Shown: positions 10,805-24,202 of the stretch, piece after piece
How positions within the stretch are numbered: position 1 is the stretch's first letter
Layout: each line of letters opens with the position of its first letter
DNA from: Vermamoeba vermiformis
Lineage: Eukaryota
Length of the DNA stretch: 64,000 nucleotides
NCBI GenBank assembly: GCA_045837725.1
Contig: JBEWZL010000220.1
Span: 1 to 64,000, forward strand
Direction of reading: 5' to 3'
Program-made: the position numbers and the translations under genes
Notes under the pieces: model-generated
What the model was told of the DNA's origin: nothing
The model's database searches: none
Seen by the model: only the letters and a program-made list of their open reading frames with translations

Positions 10805-13800
10805 ATGGGCAAAACACCAACCCCTTCTCGCAAGACCAAGATTATCTTGATCTGCTGCGCTGCTGGCTTTGTTGCTGCAGCGGCTGCCGTTCTTCTAGGA
10901 GTTTTGCTTACACTTCCTAAACAAACCGAACAGGCTGTTAGTAAGTAAACCTCACTACCGTACCAAAAGTGAGGTAATTACTCCGTAATTAATTGTTTTT
11001 CAACGATCTGTTCTGTTGTCACCTGCCAAATCCGAAACTGACACTTTATTTGTTTAGACTATTTACCACAAACCAATAAGGGCGAATTCCTCGTCGCTGA
11101 ACTTGTTAACACTAAACGTCCCAACGGCCAACCTTTAATCATCGCACGTAGCTATGATGGGTATCCGTGGGAACCTGTCCCGGATTTGGACAACGCTCCG
11201 ACTCCAATTACGTGTGACGACCAGAACCGTTGCACTATGGAAGTCGACGAAGAGTACACTACTCGCTCCATTGATGTGCCACAAGAGCTCAAGGACTTGT
11301 CGCCTATGCATCTGGCTGCTCGCCTTCACATGCAAGCTACTTTTGGTGCTGACAAGGATACGTTGCTACAAACTTCCAGTGCTTATGGCGTCGACTATGG
11401 ACTTTGGGTTCTCGATCAGATGCGCATTACTCCCACTCTTACACGCTCTTACTATCGCGAACGCGCCAACGCACGACCCGGCCAATTTGACGTTGGCCAA
11501 GTGACCAAACCTTGTGACCTTGGCTCTCGTTGGCACAGATATGCCTTCGAGTCACGCGATAAGGGCAAGGACATTGTGATCACCATAGACACCACCAAAC
11601 AGCGTATTGTCTTGAGCATCGACGGCGCTCCACGCACTGAAGTGACTTCAATCCTCAACCAAGCCTACCCTGCTACTAATGTGACCTTCCCTTTAACTTT
11701 GCGCCTCTGCTCAGTCAACGAAGAAATCGGTGGCTCCATGACTCTGACCAATCTCACGAGCAGTACTACTTGCAACGTCGCCATGAAGAACCCTACCATC
11801 GAGTTCGTCAGCAACTCAGCCGTGCAAACTTTGGGTGATAATGACGCTCTTTTGGTTCCTGTCTTCGGTGCTCGCGCTGGTTCCTTCGTGCTCAAGTCAC
11901 GCAGTGTGCCGTGCACTAACGTCACTGACGTTGCCGGCAACAACTTCATTCGCCAAGGCAACAGCACTTATCGATTCGACAAGCGTGTTCGCTTCTTGGC
12001 CAACACCATTGAAGATCCCTCCGTCGTTGAGGCTGCTTTCTCCGGTCAATGCCCTGTCATTGCCAAGTCCTATCAAAATCGTGACCAATGCGTCCGACGT
12101 GCCTCTTGCGGTTCCGCCGTGTCATTCAAGTCCGCCACTTTCACTCTCACTCAAAGCATTCTTCGCTCATGGTACACAAAGAGCCGTCGCTACGTCTACT
12201 ACGTCACCGACTTGAGACTGGAAGAACCTTTCAATATTTCTCCTTGCACTAGCCGCGCCTCTCGCTGGTTAAAGCTCAACTCTGGTGCTTGCGCTTCACC
12301 CACAGCATTGGATGCAACTACTCGCGCTACCATTGCTGCTGCTCTGAGCAGTTCTGCGGACACTAATCCTTACGTCCGCGACATCACCTTGTCCGGTGCT
12401 GGCTGCACTGCTTCTGTTGACACAATTGGTGCCATAATCGACGCTGGTGGTGCTTGCTACCAACACGTGCACCCTGATTACTACAGTGTTCGCGACTTCA
12501 CCCGCTGGGTTGACATTCACGACGGTAATGCACAGGCTATGCAGGGTGGCAAGTAAGTTGAAGTCATGGACAATTAATTGTTCAGCATTAATTAACGTTT
12601 ATAATTAAACAGGCCTAATCCCATCGCCAACTTTGCTCAAATGGGTCAGGTCAATATTAACTTCCCGGCCTCGCACCCAATGACTCGCTGGGCTGATCGA
12701 CGTGGTTACATCCCAGCTGTCGGTCGCTACGGAGACAGCGTTGACTTCCAAAACTTGAATATCGAACTTCAAACCGAAGAAATCGCAGCGATTGTTGGCG
12801 CTTTGCGTGTTAACTCCGATAAGGATGGCTTCGAAGCTTGCGGCTCTCCTGGCGAAGTCAGCACCTCACCTGAGCTTGGTTACCACTACTCGGTCTCAAA
12901 CTGGAACAACACTGCCGCTATCACCGAAGCTCTTGAGTGGCCCTTGCCTGCTTACAACGATCATCGCTTTGTCCTCGAAAACGTTCACTTGAAGGCCTAC
13001 GATCAACTCCGTCAACGCGTCGCCTGGAGTCTTTCCAACATTATCGTCATTGCTTCTCAAGACATTACAATGGATGACTATACCGACGCCTGGACCTCTT
13101 TCTACGACATCTTTATTCGCAACGCTTTTGGCAACTACAAGGACATTATGCGCGATGTGTCGTACCACCCTCTTATGGGTACTTACCTCAGCTACCGTGG
13201 AAACAGAGCCTATGTCGTTGCAAACACTTATCCCGACGAGAACTACGCTCGTGAAATTATGCAACTCTTCAGCATTGGTCTCTGGCGATTGAACGACGAC
13301 GGTACTCAACAACTCGACAGCGATGGTCAACCGTTGGAAACCTACACTAACGCTGATATCATGGACTTTGCTCGTGTTTGGACAGGCTTTGACCGTCAAC
13401 TCTTCCGCAGCAACTTGCCTACAGTCTACTCGATCTTCGGCTCTAACCAGAACATCATCGACAACATGCAAATTAGACCTCAATTCCGTGATCGTATGCC
13501 CAAAGCTAAGCTCGATGACGGATATCTCGGCGACACTTATCCTCTTTGTGATGACTTGCCCGCTCAAGCTTTCTTGCGCGAGGGTGCTCGCTACGAATAC
13601 ACTGGTCCTTCTTCAGTTGAAGGTGACACCATTGATGCGCAGAATGTTTCTCTTATTGGTAACCGTGGTCGTTTCACGCCGCCAACCACCTCAGCACTCT
13701 ACCAAGCTCTTTGCGCTCCTTCCGCCGAGAAGAACGGTGCTTGCACATTCCCTCTCCGCGTAACTCTCGATAAGAACTTGCCGTGCACCGGTGAACAAGA

Positions 13801-16800
13801 ATGCAATGCTCAACGCGTTCTCGCCGTCAAAATCTACGATCCTGTTGCCAATTTGACTAGATACTACGCTTACTACGGCATTCCTTGCGTGCGATTGACT
13901 CTGTTCGATACTGGTAATGTCATCAGACGTGGCAGCTCTCGTCCTCAATGCGCAGATCCCTCTACTCGTGTTGGCTCTCCTGTTTGCTGCAAAGCAACCA
14001 ATCCTACCGTCGCTGCTTCGAACTTTACATCGGAGTGCTTGTTCGCCAACGAAGTGACTGACTACGCTACCAACAAGCAGCGCTGCGAGGCAATGGGACT
14101 CACTACCTGCTCTGCATTGACAAGCTATCCTGTATGGGCTATCACCTGCGCACAGGACGTTTTCATGTGGACAAATCTTACTTGCTCCGTTCAAGTCCAA
14201 GTCTACCACACCGGTCAAGTTGGTATCGTTGATCCACTCAGTGCGAGCTACTTAAAACTCCTCCGAGCCAACTCAAGCAACGTCTTCCGTGTTCGCTGGC
14301 AAGACGGCTCTTTCCCTGCCACCAATGACGCCGGCGTTTGCCCTGACGACTGCACTGCACTCCCCACTCCTGAAGGTGACACTTGCTTGTGCAACGTCAC
14401 TGTCAGCACCTCCACTTTGTACGGTCAACTCTCTGACTTGAACTCGATCAACGCTGACGACGCTGTCAACACCATCGCACGACAGGCTTTCATCGGTGCT
14501 GCCAAGCCTGAGCTGTACGATGACGGCACTTACACAAAGTGTACCAACGATGAGTGCAACCGATTGTCCAATGTTGCTGTCTGGTTCCACAAAGACGACA
14601 ACGGTCTTGGTCAACGCACCATCTTTGCATTGCCTCCCTTCCGTGCCGGCGGTCGCGCTCGCTACTTGTTGAACCGCGTCTCTGTTGTTCACGTTGCCAA
14701 CTCGTTCTCATTCCGCAATCCTCCTCACTTCACTCCTCTTCTCGGAGAACTCACTGATTACACTCGCGATTGGAATTCTGACGCCTTGTGGACACGCAAA
14801 GCGGAATACGAAGTTGAAGCCTTGTTGGAGCACCTCTTTGAACACGACAACACTGCTGTGTTCATCGCCTACCGTCTCATTCAACACATGGTCACTTCCA
14901 ACCCTTCACCTCGCTACATGCGATCTGTTGTCCAAGCTTTCCGCACTGGTTCTTATGGCAGCGTCCCCTTCTCCGGCAACTATGGTGATATGGGAGCCAC
15001 AATCTACGCTATTTTGATGGACCAAGAGGCTCGCTCTCCCATCATTGAAGCCGATCCTACCTACGGCATGTTGCGCGATCCTTTGCTTAAGATCTACCAC
15101 TTGATGCGCGCTCTGGACTACAACTCGCCTAAGGGTCGTGAAGTTGCTTTGTGGGACATGGACAACCGCATTGGTGTCGAACCTTTCTCATCCCCCACTG
15201 TATTCAACTTCTACTTGCCCGAATACAGACCTGCTGGTGTCATCGGACAGGCTGGTCTCGTCGGCCCTGCAGTGCAATTAGCCACCACTCCCAATATCGT
15301 TGGCTTCATCAACGGTATCACCTCGCTCATCGACAACGGTCTCACCTCATGCGACAGCGGCTTTGCTGTCAGCAACAACTGGGGAGGACGTACTTGCGTC
15401 ACCACCGGCCCTCATGCTACTGCTGATGGTACTCTTACTTACATTCCTCCTGCTGATGCCTCGACCTCTGACATTGTCGACGAACTCAATCTGTTGCTCA
15501 CTGCTGGTCGTCTCAACCAACACACCCGCGAGATGCTTGTTCGTGAATACGACAACATTGCTACTAACGCTACCTACGCTCCCGCTGCTCTCAGACACAT
15601 GCTCAAGCTTCTCGTGTCCAGCTCTGAGTTCCAGACTTCGAGCTTCAACTTGTTGACTCAAACAGAGCGTTCAGTACCCACTGGCGTGGCAGGACAAGGC
15701 CGCCGCTTCAAGGCTATTGTAGTTATCTTCGAATACGGTGGTTGCGACAGTTTCAATGTGCTCATTCCTCACTCGAACTGCCCTACTAAGGACATGTACG
15801 CTGAGTACGCCGCTGTGCGCACTGACGCCGCCTTGAAAAAGGAAGACGTTTTACAGATCTCCTCCCCTGCCGGTACTCAAGTTTGCAACACATTCGGTGT
15901 GCACCCAGCCATGCCCAGATTGCAGCAGCTGTACACCGCTGGTGACGCTCTCTTTGCTACCAATGTTGGTGCCATGGTTGCTCCAGTTACCAAGGACGAA
16001 CTCAACAAGGGTACTGCTCGCGTTCCTCCTTCACTCTACGCCCACAACATTATGCAACGTAACGTGCAGAACGTGTACGCTCAGTACATCTCTGCCGATG
16101 GTGTTCTCGGTCGTATTTGCGATGCTCTTCAAGAGACCGACCAGCCTTACGCAGCCGCCGTGTTCAGTCTTGGTGGCAACGTTAAGATGACTCAAGGCTC
16201 AATCCCATCTGACTACATCTCTCCTTCCACTGGTGTCGTTAGAGTTCGTGGTTTGAACAAGATTGGCAGTGCGTTGAGCAACATCACCGAGTTCACTTCC
16301 AACTCCGTCTTCGCTGAGACCTACGCCGACACGTTGTTCAACTCCGTGCGCAAGACCGAGTCTCTCGGAGGACTTCTCAATTCCACTCAGCTGAGCACCA
16401 ACTTCACCAAGTCCGCTCTCGATCAACAGATGATTCAAGTCGCCAAGTTGATCAAGGCTTTGCCCGATGCCACTGGTGTTGAGCGCGCCGTCTTCTTCAC
16501 TCAAACTGGAGGTTTCGACACTCACAACACCTTCAACTTGTCCCCCATGTTAGGCACCGTCGACACTGCTCTCGGCAACTTCGCTGATGAGATGAAGGCC
16601 CAAGGCAGATGGGACGATGTTGTGGTCATCACCGTGTCTGACTTTGCTCGTACTCTCACCAGCAACGGTCAAGGTACCGATCACGCCTGGGGTGGCAATC
16701 ATTTCGTCGCTGGTGGTAGTGTTAAGGGAGGCCAGATCTTGGGTACCTACCCCACTACCCTCACTGATGATGGCGATGTCATCCTCAGTCGTGGTCGTGT

Positions 16801-16945
16801 CATTCCTACCATGCCCTTCGAAGCTTTGTGGAAGGGCATTTCTGAATGGTTCGGCGTTCCGGATGCAGAAATGGATAAAGTTTTGCCCAACATCAAGAAC
16901 TTCCCTGCCGAAAAGATCTACGGCAAGGCTCAAATGTTCAACTAA
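10805..16945 (+). CDS. Giant DUF1800-DUF1501 fusion protein with N-terminal membrane anchor (1987 aa)
   Basis: Exons 10805-10940, 11058-12552 and 12613-16945 are in frame. DUF1800 motifs AARLHMQATFG, DQLRQRVAWSLS, PDENYAREIMQLFSIGL, TSNPSP.Y, SPTVFNFY. DUF1501 motifs GGCDSFN, GGFDTH, SDFARTL..NG.GTDHAWGG. Confidence 0.9.
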
Positions 16946-17114
16946 ATGTAGTAATTAGAATAAATACCAAAAGAGTATTATTAGACCCAACTGTTTTAAC
17001 GCAATGATCGGTTAAAAAGGTTGTGCTCGAGCGCTTCCATTTACACTATTTTATTTTACAACTATGTACATATTGCTGGCAGTCTATTCTACACAATTAA
17101 CTTAAATTGATTAA

Positions 17115-19451
17115 CTACACTTTCAACACAGCGAATGACACGACACCATTAGGATGCGACTTGAACCTCTCTTCCGCACCTTTAGAGTAAATGGCTATTG
17201 ATCCGCCTTGCGCTTCGTTCGTCCAAGTCACGCTCATTTCTTTGGCAGGATTAGGCAATGCAAATCTGTCTTTGGGCTTGCTGTCCTCAACAATGTCATT
17301 CAAGTCCCACACCGTGATCTTGTTGTCTTGGTGCATGGCAAACACGTGATCGTCCTGTCGGTGAATGGCGTTGATCTTGCGATCGAATTTCAAGTCGGTG
17401 ACACTCTCTGCCAACGTCCTGCTGCGCGGTCGATTGCTTGTGGCACTCTTGCGAAACCTGTTGGGCGATTTGGAGCGACCCAAGACATTGACTGGCGAGC
17501 CATCCGTGCACTGCAATAGTCGCAAGTGACCTTTAATATCACCCGCGATGACGTAGTCCTCAAACACGGCCAATGTGCTCACCAACACTTGCGGCTGTTT
17601 GACGACTGGATTCTGCGCACTCAAACTCTCTGCGCATCAGATGTTAATATAGAATAGAACTATTATAATTGCAGCGACATCGCGCTTACCGTTGATCTTC
17701 CATATGGCGATGCTGTTGCTGCTGTTCGTGACGACAGTAGTGCCACAGATTTTGATCTCGAGGAATGACAGCATGGGCGGAATGCACTTGCCGTCGAACA
17801 CGAGTGTGTTGGACACGACGTGATAGACTTTGAATGTCATGGAGCCACCGAGCAGCAGATAGGGATACGACAGTGCTGAGAATGACTCTGCAACACGTGA
17901 GTCGACTGGATTGAAGCTAAATACCACGCCAACTTACCTCGAAACTGACTCACGAGCTCAATATCGACTGTCGTGTGTGGCTCGTGCGTCAAGTCGCGCA
18001 AATAGAACATGAAGCACTGTCGCTGCGTGATCAACACCAAGTGCGTGTTGTCCAGCACCAAAGCTTCGAGTTTGTCACGACTGCGCTGCACAAAGTCCTC
18101 AATGCGATAGCGCACCACTTCCTCGGGCTCAGTTACATCGTACACCTGCAGCGTATTGTTTTCATGTGCGGTAATAATGCGTGGGAATTGCACGACAGCA
18201 GAAATGAGCGGAGATTTGTTGTACACATACACTAGTTGTTCGGAGTTGAATACATTGCCCACTACAATTGTGCCTGTGTTACTGTAGCTCGTAAAGAAGT
18301 ACCCTTTGTCGAGGAGTTTCGTCGTTCTAACCGAAACAAAAGTCAGATCGTGCAATGGCTAAACAAATACCGCACGTGCAACGGAGTAACGAATTGGAGG
18401 AATATCGTGAAATATGTAGCTCAACACGCACCTGTATGAATTGTACTTGTCGAAGAGATATTCTGGAATGTTAGGCCAAGAAGTTGTGGACAAGGGGGCC
18501 AACGGAGCGAATCTAAAAACAATTAAATAAATCATCCCATTTAACAGTTCTGAGCACGTACTTTGTGCTACCAGCTCGTGGGCTAGCCTGTGGAGTATTT
18601 TGACCGGAGGAACCTCTCGAGTTTGAGTTACCGCGAGACAAGAAAATGGAAGATTTGAAAACTTGCCGCGGGACCACCGCGCTAAATCGAAACAATACGG
18701 ACTTGTCTATCGCATTTAAAAAAGGCATTAACATTACGTTTAAATACTTAATGGCGGTGACATACCTTTAAATGTCTTGCTTGGATTGACCGGGGCAATG
18801 AATCCGCACTCTTGAAGCCTCTGACCCCAAACAACGGCCTCTTGGCTATCATTGAGCTTTAGGTTTTGTATTAGCCACTGAACTGCGTCTTTAGCAACAA
18901 AGCTGTTGCGACAAACGCGGCCCACCGAACTCCGATCTGACACTTCAAAGCCGGTCTGCGGATGCTGTATCTTCCTTACAATGTCAAATATCTGGATAAA
19001 AAGGATTGTTAACTTCCAACGTCACTGCAATCTTTAGAGTTTCGGGTGCTCAAGCGCACATCCGGTCTGTTTTTAGACTCGAAACTGAAACGCGGCTTGT
19101 AGTGCTGAAAAGTCTTAAATAGACTTGCTATTGTAGAAAAAGACTGAAAATATTCAATAACCATTCTGTTTCTACTTATAGACCATGTTTGGAATAGATA
19201 GATCAACAATGATTTCAAATGAATACTGTAATTCCAGAAACAATTACATTACTTACATTGTAACGTGATAAAATCTGCTCCTTAGTCAACTTTTCTTTGC
19301 GTTTTTCGACAAGCCGATCACTGCTTTGGCTTGAGAGACTCACGACATCGTCGCTGCTCGATTCCTAAGTACACTTGGTTAGTTCCGTCGGTCGATCATT
19401 AATAGTATAGTTCCGCTGGGCCAGTACCGTTATCGAGGAGTATTGATTCAT
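17115..19451 (-). CDS. DEP-domain protein with probable C-terminal beta-propeller
   Basis: DEP motif GFEVSDR...RNSFVAKDAVQWLIQNL...EAVVWGQRLQECGFIAPV..TF.D, followed by beta-strand repeats (ITAHENNTLQVYDV, MHQDNKITVWDL). Multi-exon, start tentative. Confidence 0.7.
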
Positions 19452-19799
19452 TTTTGGTCGTATTTTTGTCGAAATACACAACAGAACGAACGAATGGAGC
19501 GGTAGGACAATGCCGCAAAGAACAAGGGTCGTGTGGTCCTCGTCGCTTGACTGCTGATTTTGTGTCGCGCAAGAATCAGAGCAACCAAACTTGACGTGCG
19601 TGTCAAACGGTGCGTCAAAGTAAAATGACGAGATTGCACTGCAATTCGCCTGGATATGTAACTGCAACCCGAATAATCTACAATGTTGATGAACATAATC
19701 GTAACAGCCTTGACATTAATTACGCGATTTATCCGAATCAATCTCGGCCCACACAGATATTTTTTCACAACAAAGAAGCAAAGCACCAGATATCCAGAT

Positions 19800-20549
19800 A
19801 TGAGTTTCGTAAAGAATCTTCTCACATTTCCATTTAGAAAGTTCAAAGAGTTTCAAAAAGATCTCTGGACCAAATCTGCTGCTTTAGATGAGCAGATTGG
19901 CAAGATGAGAACGGATATGAAAACTGTAATGAAAGACAGGAAAGAGGCAGAAGCAGCTGCTGAAAAACAAAGTATTGAAGCCACCGACGAGCTAACGAAG
20001 CATGTTGATTCCTTCGTCAATGAAGCCACAGAAATTGTAAGATCCGTAATAACATATTTTTATTTTTTATCCTTCAAAACAAATTCAAAAAATCGAACTC
20101 TCAGCCTGACTAAATTTATTAATTATATTATAGCTAAAAATAATTATCAACTATTTTTGTTTTAGAAAACCAAGTGGACGCCAATAATCGAGATGGACAA
20201 ACGACTCCGCCGCGGTGAAGATGTCAATGTCGAGGAGGTGGTACAAGCCATGATGCGGTCAGGTGTATTTGATCCCTCCAAGAACGCACTCGAAAACTTT
20301 GAACGGCTGCGCAGTGACCTAGACTCGCTGAACGCACGCCAAGAACACGTTGAAAATCGTTTGAAGACGATGCAACAACAAGTCGAGCACGACAAAGAGC
20401 AGCTCAAGACGCAGATTGACACGCACACCTCGGAGATGGTCAAGATTATGCGCAACAAACTCGAGCAGCGCGATGAAGATGTGGCCAAGCTGAAGGAAGA
20501 ACTCGCCAACAAATTCAACAAGAAGAGCACTGACGTTACCAAAGCGTGA
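19800..20549 (+). CDS. Coiled-coil protein of unknown function
   Basis: MSFVKNLLTFPFRKF..., intron ~20037-20165, then a heptad-rich E/K/Q exon. Confidence 0.7.
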
Positions 20550-20747
20550 GGGTCGACGAATGACACGTGTCATTTGCAGACTTTGACACTGGTGCGCCAA
20601 TCAAGAGGATTTGATGGGCCAGTCATCACTCGCCATGCATTAGCCCAGTGGATTTCAACTCGCTACTTTATTACACAACACAGTCCAGTCCAGTGCGGAC
20701 AACAGAGACACTCCAAAATAAATACTCTCATCTCCGTTGCACCGTAC

Positions 20748-21697
20748 TTACAGATTGGACAAATCGCCCTTCAAGTACTCTTTCAACTCGTTCACTGCGC
20801 GCTCGAGATTGTCGTTCACGATCACTTTGTCGAAGAAGCCAGGCTTGTCCATATAAGACATTTCAGTGCGCGCGGTGTTCATGCGGATCTGCACCACGTC
20901 ATCAGTCTCGGTGCCACGACCTCGCAAGCGTTGTTCGAGGATTTCCATGGAGGGCGGGGCAATGAACACGTAGCGCGGATTGAGGTGCGTCTTTTTGACT
21001 GACTCGCAGCCCTGCACATCAATCTCCATGATGCACACTTTGCCTTGCTCGGCCACTGCTTCCACTGCGCGAATTGAGGTGCCGTACATGTTGCCGTGAA
21101 TAATTGCTGACTCTAAATCACGTGATTAGATTACTAAATAAGGTAATTTGCGACTTACCGATGAACTTGCCGGCAGCCACTTCTTTCTCCATCACATCTC
21201 GTGCAGTGAAGTGGTAGCTGACACCGTCTTTCTCGCCAGGACGAGGAGCGCGTGTTGTGTGTGTAACAGCCTTGGAAAATCGATTGGGAAATTCCTTCAA
21301 CAACAGCGCAATAACTGGGTTATAAAGGATGGTTAGATCAGACCTGATCGTACAAGTATCGCGTTGAAGAATTTATAACAAATAAAATAATAAGCAAATA
21401 TTTCAGCATGTTTGTCATTATCACTTGCAGTTGATATTTTGTTTTGGATTTAAAATTTAAAAATGCATACTTGTTCCTTTGCCTGCTCCACTCGGGCCAG
21501 TAATTACCAAAGGACGGTATACTTGCTTCTATATCAAAATAAAAATTAATATTTACATTTCGTGATCGTGATCCGGAAAACCGTTAAAGTTTAATTTCAG
21601 TGCGCTTGTAAGCAGTGAATTAAGCGAAATATTCGAGGAAACATCATATCAAACGCGCACTAACCTCAGCTAATTGGTCTACTTGAGCCGTTGCCAT
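20748..21697 (-). CDS. GUK1: Guanylate kinase
   Basis: RPLVITGPSGAGKGT, AVTHTTRAPRPGEKDGVSYHF, MYGTS, EIDVQG, LEQRLRGRGTE across spliced exons. Confidence 0.95.
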
Positions 21698-22111
21698 TGT
21701 TCTGCGCACGAAAAAGAAATTAGCGGCGTTGAAAATAGAGAAGTTGAGTCGCTTCCACGAGAACGCGATTGATCTGTGCATTCGTAATGCTGTCAGAATG
21801 TATTTTATAAAATTACAAAAAAATGAACGCACATCTGACTTCACAAACACGAGAAGCGAAGAGGAGTTCTAACTGCAGCAGGCTAATGCGGAGTGGACGG
21901 AGTGAGCTGCGCACGTAAATGCATGACGTATCAATTGAAGGTAGCGAGTGTGAAGCAGGTTCGGGAAGATTTCAAACCAACATTCCGCCACGTGAAAGAT
22001 CCTCAATGCTGCTTCTATCACGTGCTTCATTTTGACTTTAAATGGCGAAAATGATTTATCGTGCTATTTATCGCTCTAGTATCTCTAACGAAGAACCACT
22101 CACCAAACAAC

Positions 22112-23201
22112 ATGGCCAACACCGCTGAATCTCTTGCTGCTCTTCGCACCACCGACAGTGCTATCGCCAATTTGGCTTACGACGTCTACGGCAAGACTGC
22201 TAGCGACGAGCAAATTGAGCGCGCTAAGAAGGCTCTTGAAGCCAAGACCCACAAGGTCTCAGTCGTCAACACCAAGGAAGAGGCCGTTGCTTTGTTAGCC
22301 AAGACTATTCCCTCTGGTGCTTCTATCATGAACGCTGGCTCGCGTACTTTGGTAATTTATGAGATTCTCCTTTCATAATAACATATTTATTTATTCCCGA
22401 TTTACTAAAAACGGCACCACTTCTAATTTATCATAAATTTTTTTGATAATTTGAAACCGCACAAACTTTTCTTAGACGACAAGTTGCGCGATTGCTATTG
22501 CTGAGTTAGTGGGCATTTCCAGTTTCTGATAAATTTTTGTGGTACCGTTTTTAATAAAATGGGAATAAAATTGCAAAATATCTTGCAAACAATTAAATCT
22601 AAAAATATGAATTAGGTGTCTAATTACTTTTTTAGGTTGAAATCGGCTTCGTTGAGTACTTGAAGACCCAACAAAACGGTTGGAAGAACCTCCACGAAGA
22701 GATCTTGGCCGAGAAGGACCAAGCCAAGGCCGCTGCTTTGCGCCGCCAATCAATGACTGCCGACTACTTCTTGTCCTCAGTCACCGCTGTCACTGAAGAG
22801 GGTGACATCACTGTTTGCGACTTGACTGGCAGCCGTGTCGGTGCATTCAACTACGCCGCTGGCAATCTCTTGATTGTGATTGGCTCCAACAAGATTGTGC
22901 CCACTTACGACGACGCTGTCAAGTACGTGCTGCGTGCATGCAATCGCGGGCAATGATTAACGAGTTCTATGTTTAGGCGCACTTACGACTACTGCTTGCC
23001 CATTGAAAGTGCTCGTGTGCGCATTGCCTACAAGGTGCCCGCTTCTGCCGTCAACAACTTCGGTACGTACTGCTGTGCTAGTGACAGATAGCTATCGCGA
23101 TAGTTCTAACATCACTCACAGTTGCTATTCGTGGTCCTAACCCTTGGGGTGCTCCTGGCCGCATTCACGTAGTCATCGTCAAGGAGGCTTTGGGCTTCTA
23201 A
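22112..23201 (+). CDS. LUD-domain (lactate utilization C-like) protein
   Basis: GSRTL.EIG, ADYFLSSVTAVTEEG.I...D.TGSRV, VIGSNKIVP, RIHVVIVKEALGF*. Four introns. Confidence 0.85.
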
Positions 23202-23329
23202 GTCCCCTCGTGCTATCATATTTGTAGCGTCCTATTTCTGCTTGTACACTTGCGAACTGTGCGAATCAGTTTATTTTGTGAATAAAAAACACTTTTATAT
23301 TCGCGGTAGTGCTGCAACAGCTGGGGGCA

Positions 23330-24126
23330 TTAGCCAGGGGGCCTGTTAATAGCAAATCAGTATTATAGTGAAGCGAAGAATGATGCAGTTGCATCATCTA
23401 TCAACACGTACCATTCGAGTTGACGACCACCGAGCAAGTGAACGTGAAGCTAAATAATCGACACATCAGCCTGTTAATATAATAGACGTGTGCAAGCAGT
23501 ACGACTTACGTGATAGACTGATTGGCCTATTTGAACAGCGATTAGCTTTTGTGCATTCAGAATATTGTTATTTGTAGTACTTACAGCCATTAGGTCCGTC
23601 GTTGATGACCAATCTGAAGCCACGTGCCAAGTTGAGTTGCTTGGCCAGCTAATAGCAAGTGTTAGGTGCAATGGCTGCATATATTGATACTAGTACTCAC
23701 CTTAGAGGCTACTAACATCAAGTGACCGAGCATCGCTTCGTGTTTGTCCTAGTGACGTGTTAACTTCACCGTTGAGAAGCCATTCAGTGTCTTACCTCAG
23801 CCTTGGAGAGTTGCGACAAAGGTTCGCGAGGGATAATCAACACGTGAGTTGGTGCTTGTGGATTGATGTCATTAATTGCCACGCATTGGTCGTCCTTAAA
23901 ATCAACGAAATAAGCCGATCCGATAATTTTTTAAAAAATTAATCATCCGTTTAAAAAATTATTGGCGTACCTCGTAAATAAATGTGGCTGGAATTTCCTT
24001 GCGCAGGATTTTTCCTAATTAATTTAAATTAATAGGGCGGTCGTTTCCCCTTCGCATTATTTTCATACCAAAGATAGTGTCAGTATTAGGTTCTTTGGGG
24101 GGCTCAACACCTTGTTCTCTGTTCAT
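23330..24126 (-). CDS. HINT1: Histidine triad nucleotide-binding protein (8 exons)
   Basis: Missed by the ORF track. Spliced translation: [41 protein letters not shown]...[34 protein letters not shown]. Confidence 0.95.
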
Positions 24127-24202
24127 GGTTGGTATTGCAGTATGAAAATGAGCTGCTAGTAAAAAAACAAAAATTCGCAATTGTCGCGTGGGCTGCTTTT
24201 AT

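Noticed and set aside
12553-12612. Apparent split of the DUF1800 gene into two ORFs (stop at 12556)
   Set aside because: A 60-nt GT-AG intron removes the stop and joins the frames exactly.
12896-16933. Several long antisense ORFs over the DUF1800/1501 gene
   Set aside because: Shadows of strong codon bias with no recognisable motifs.
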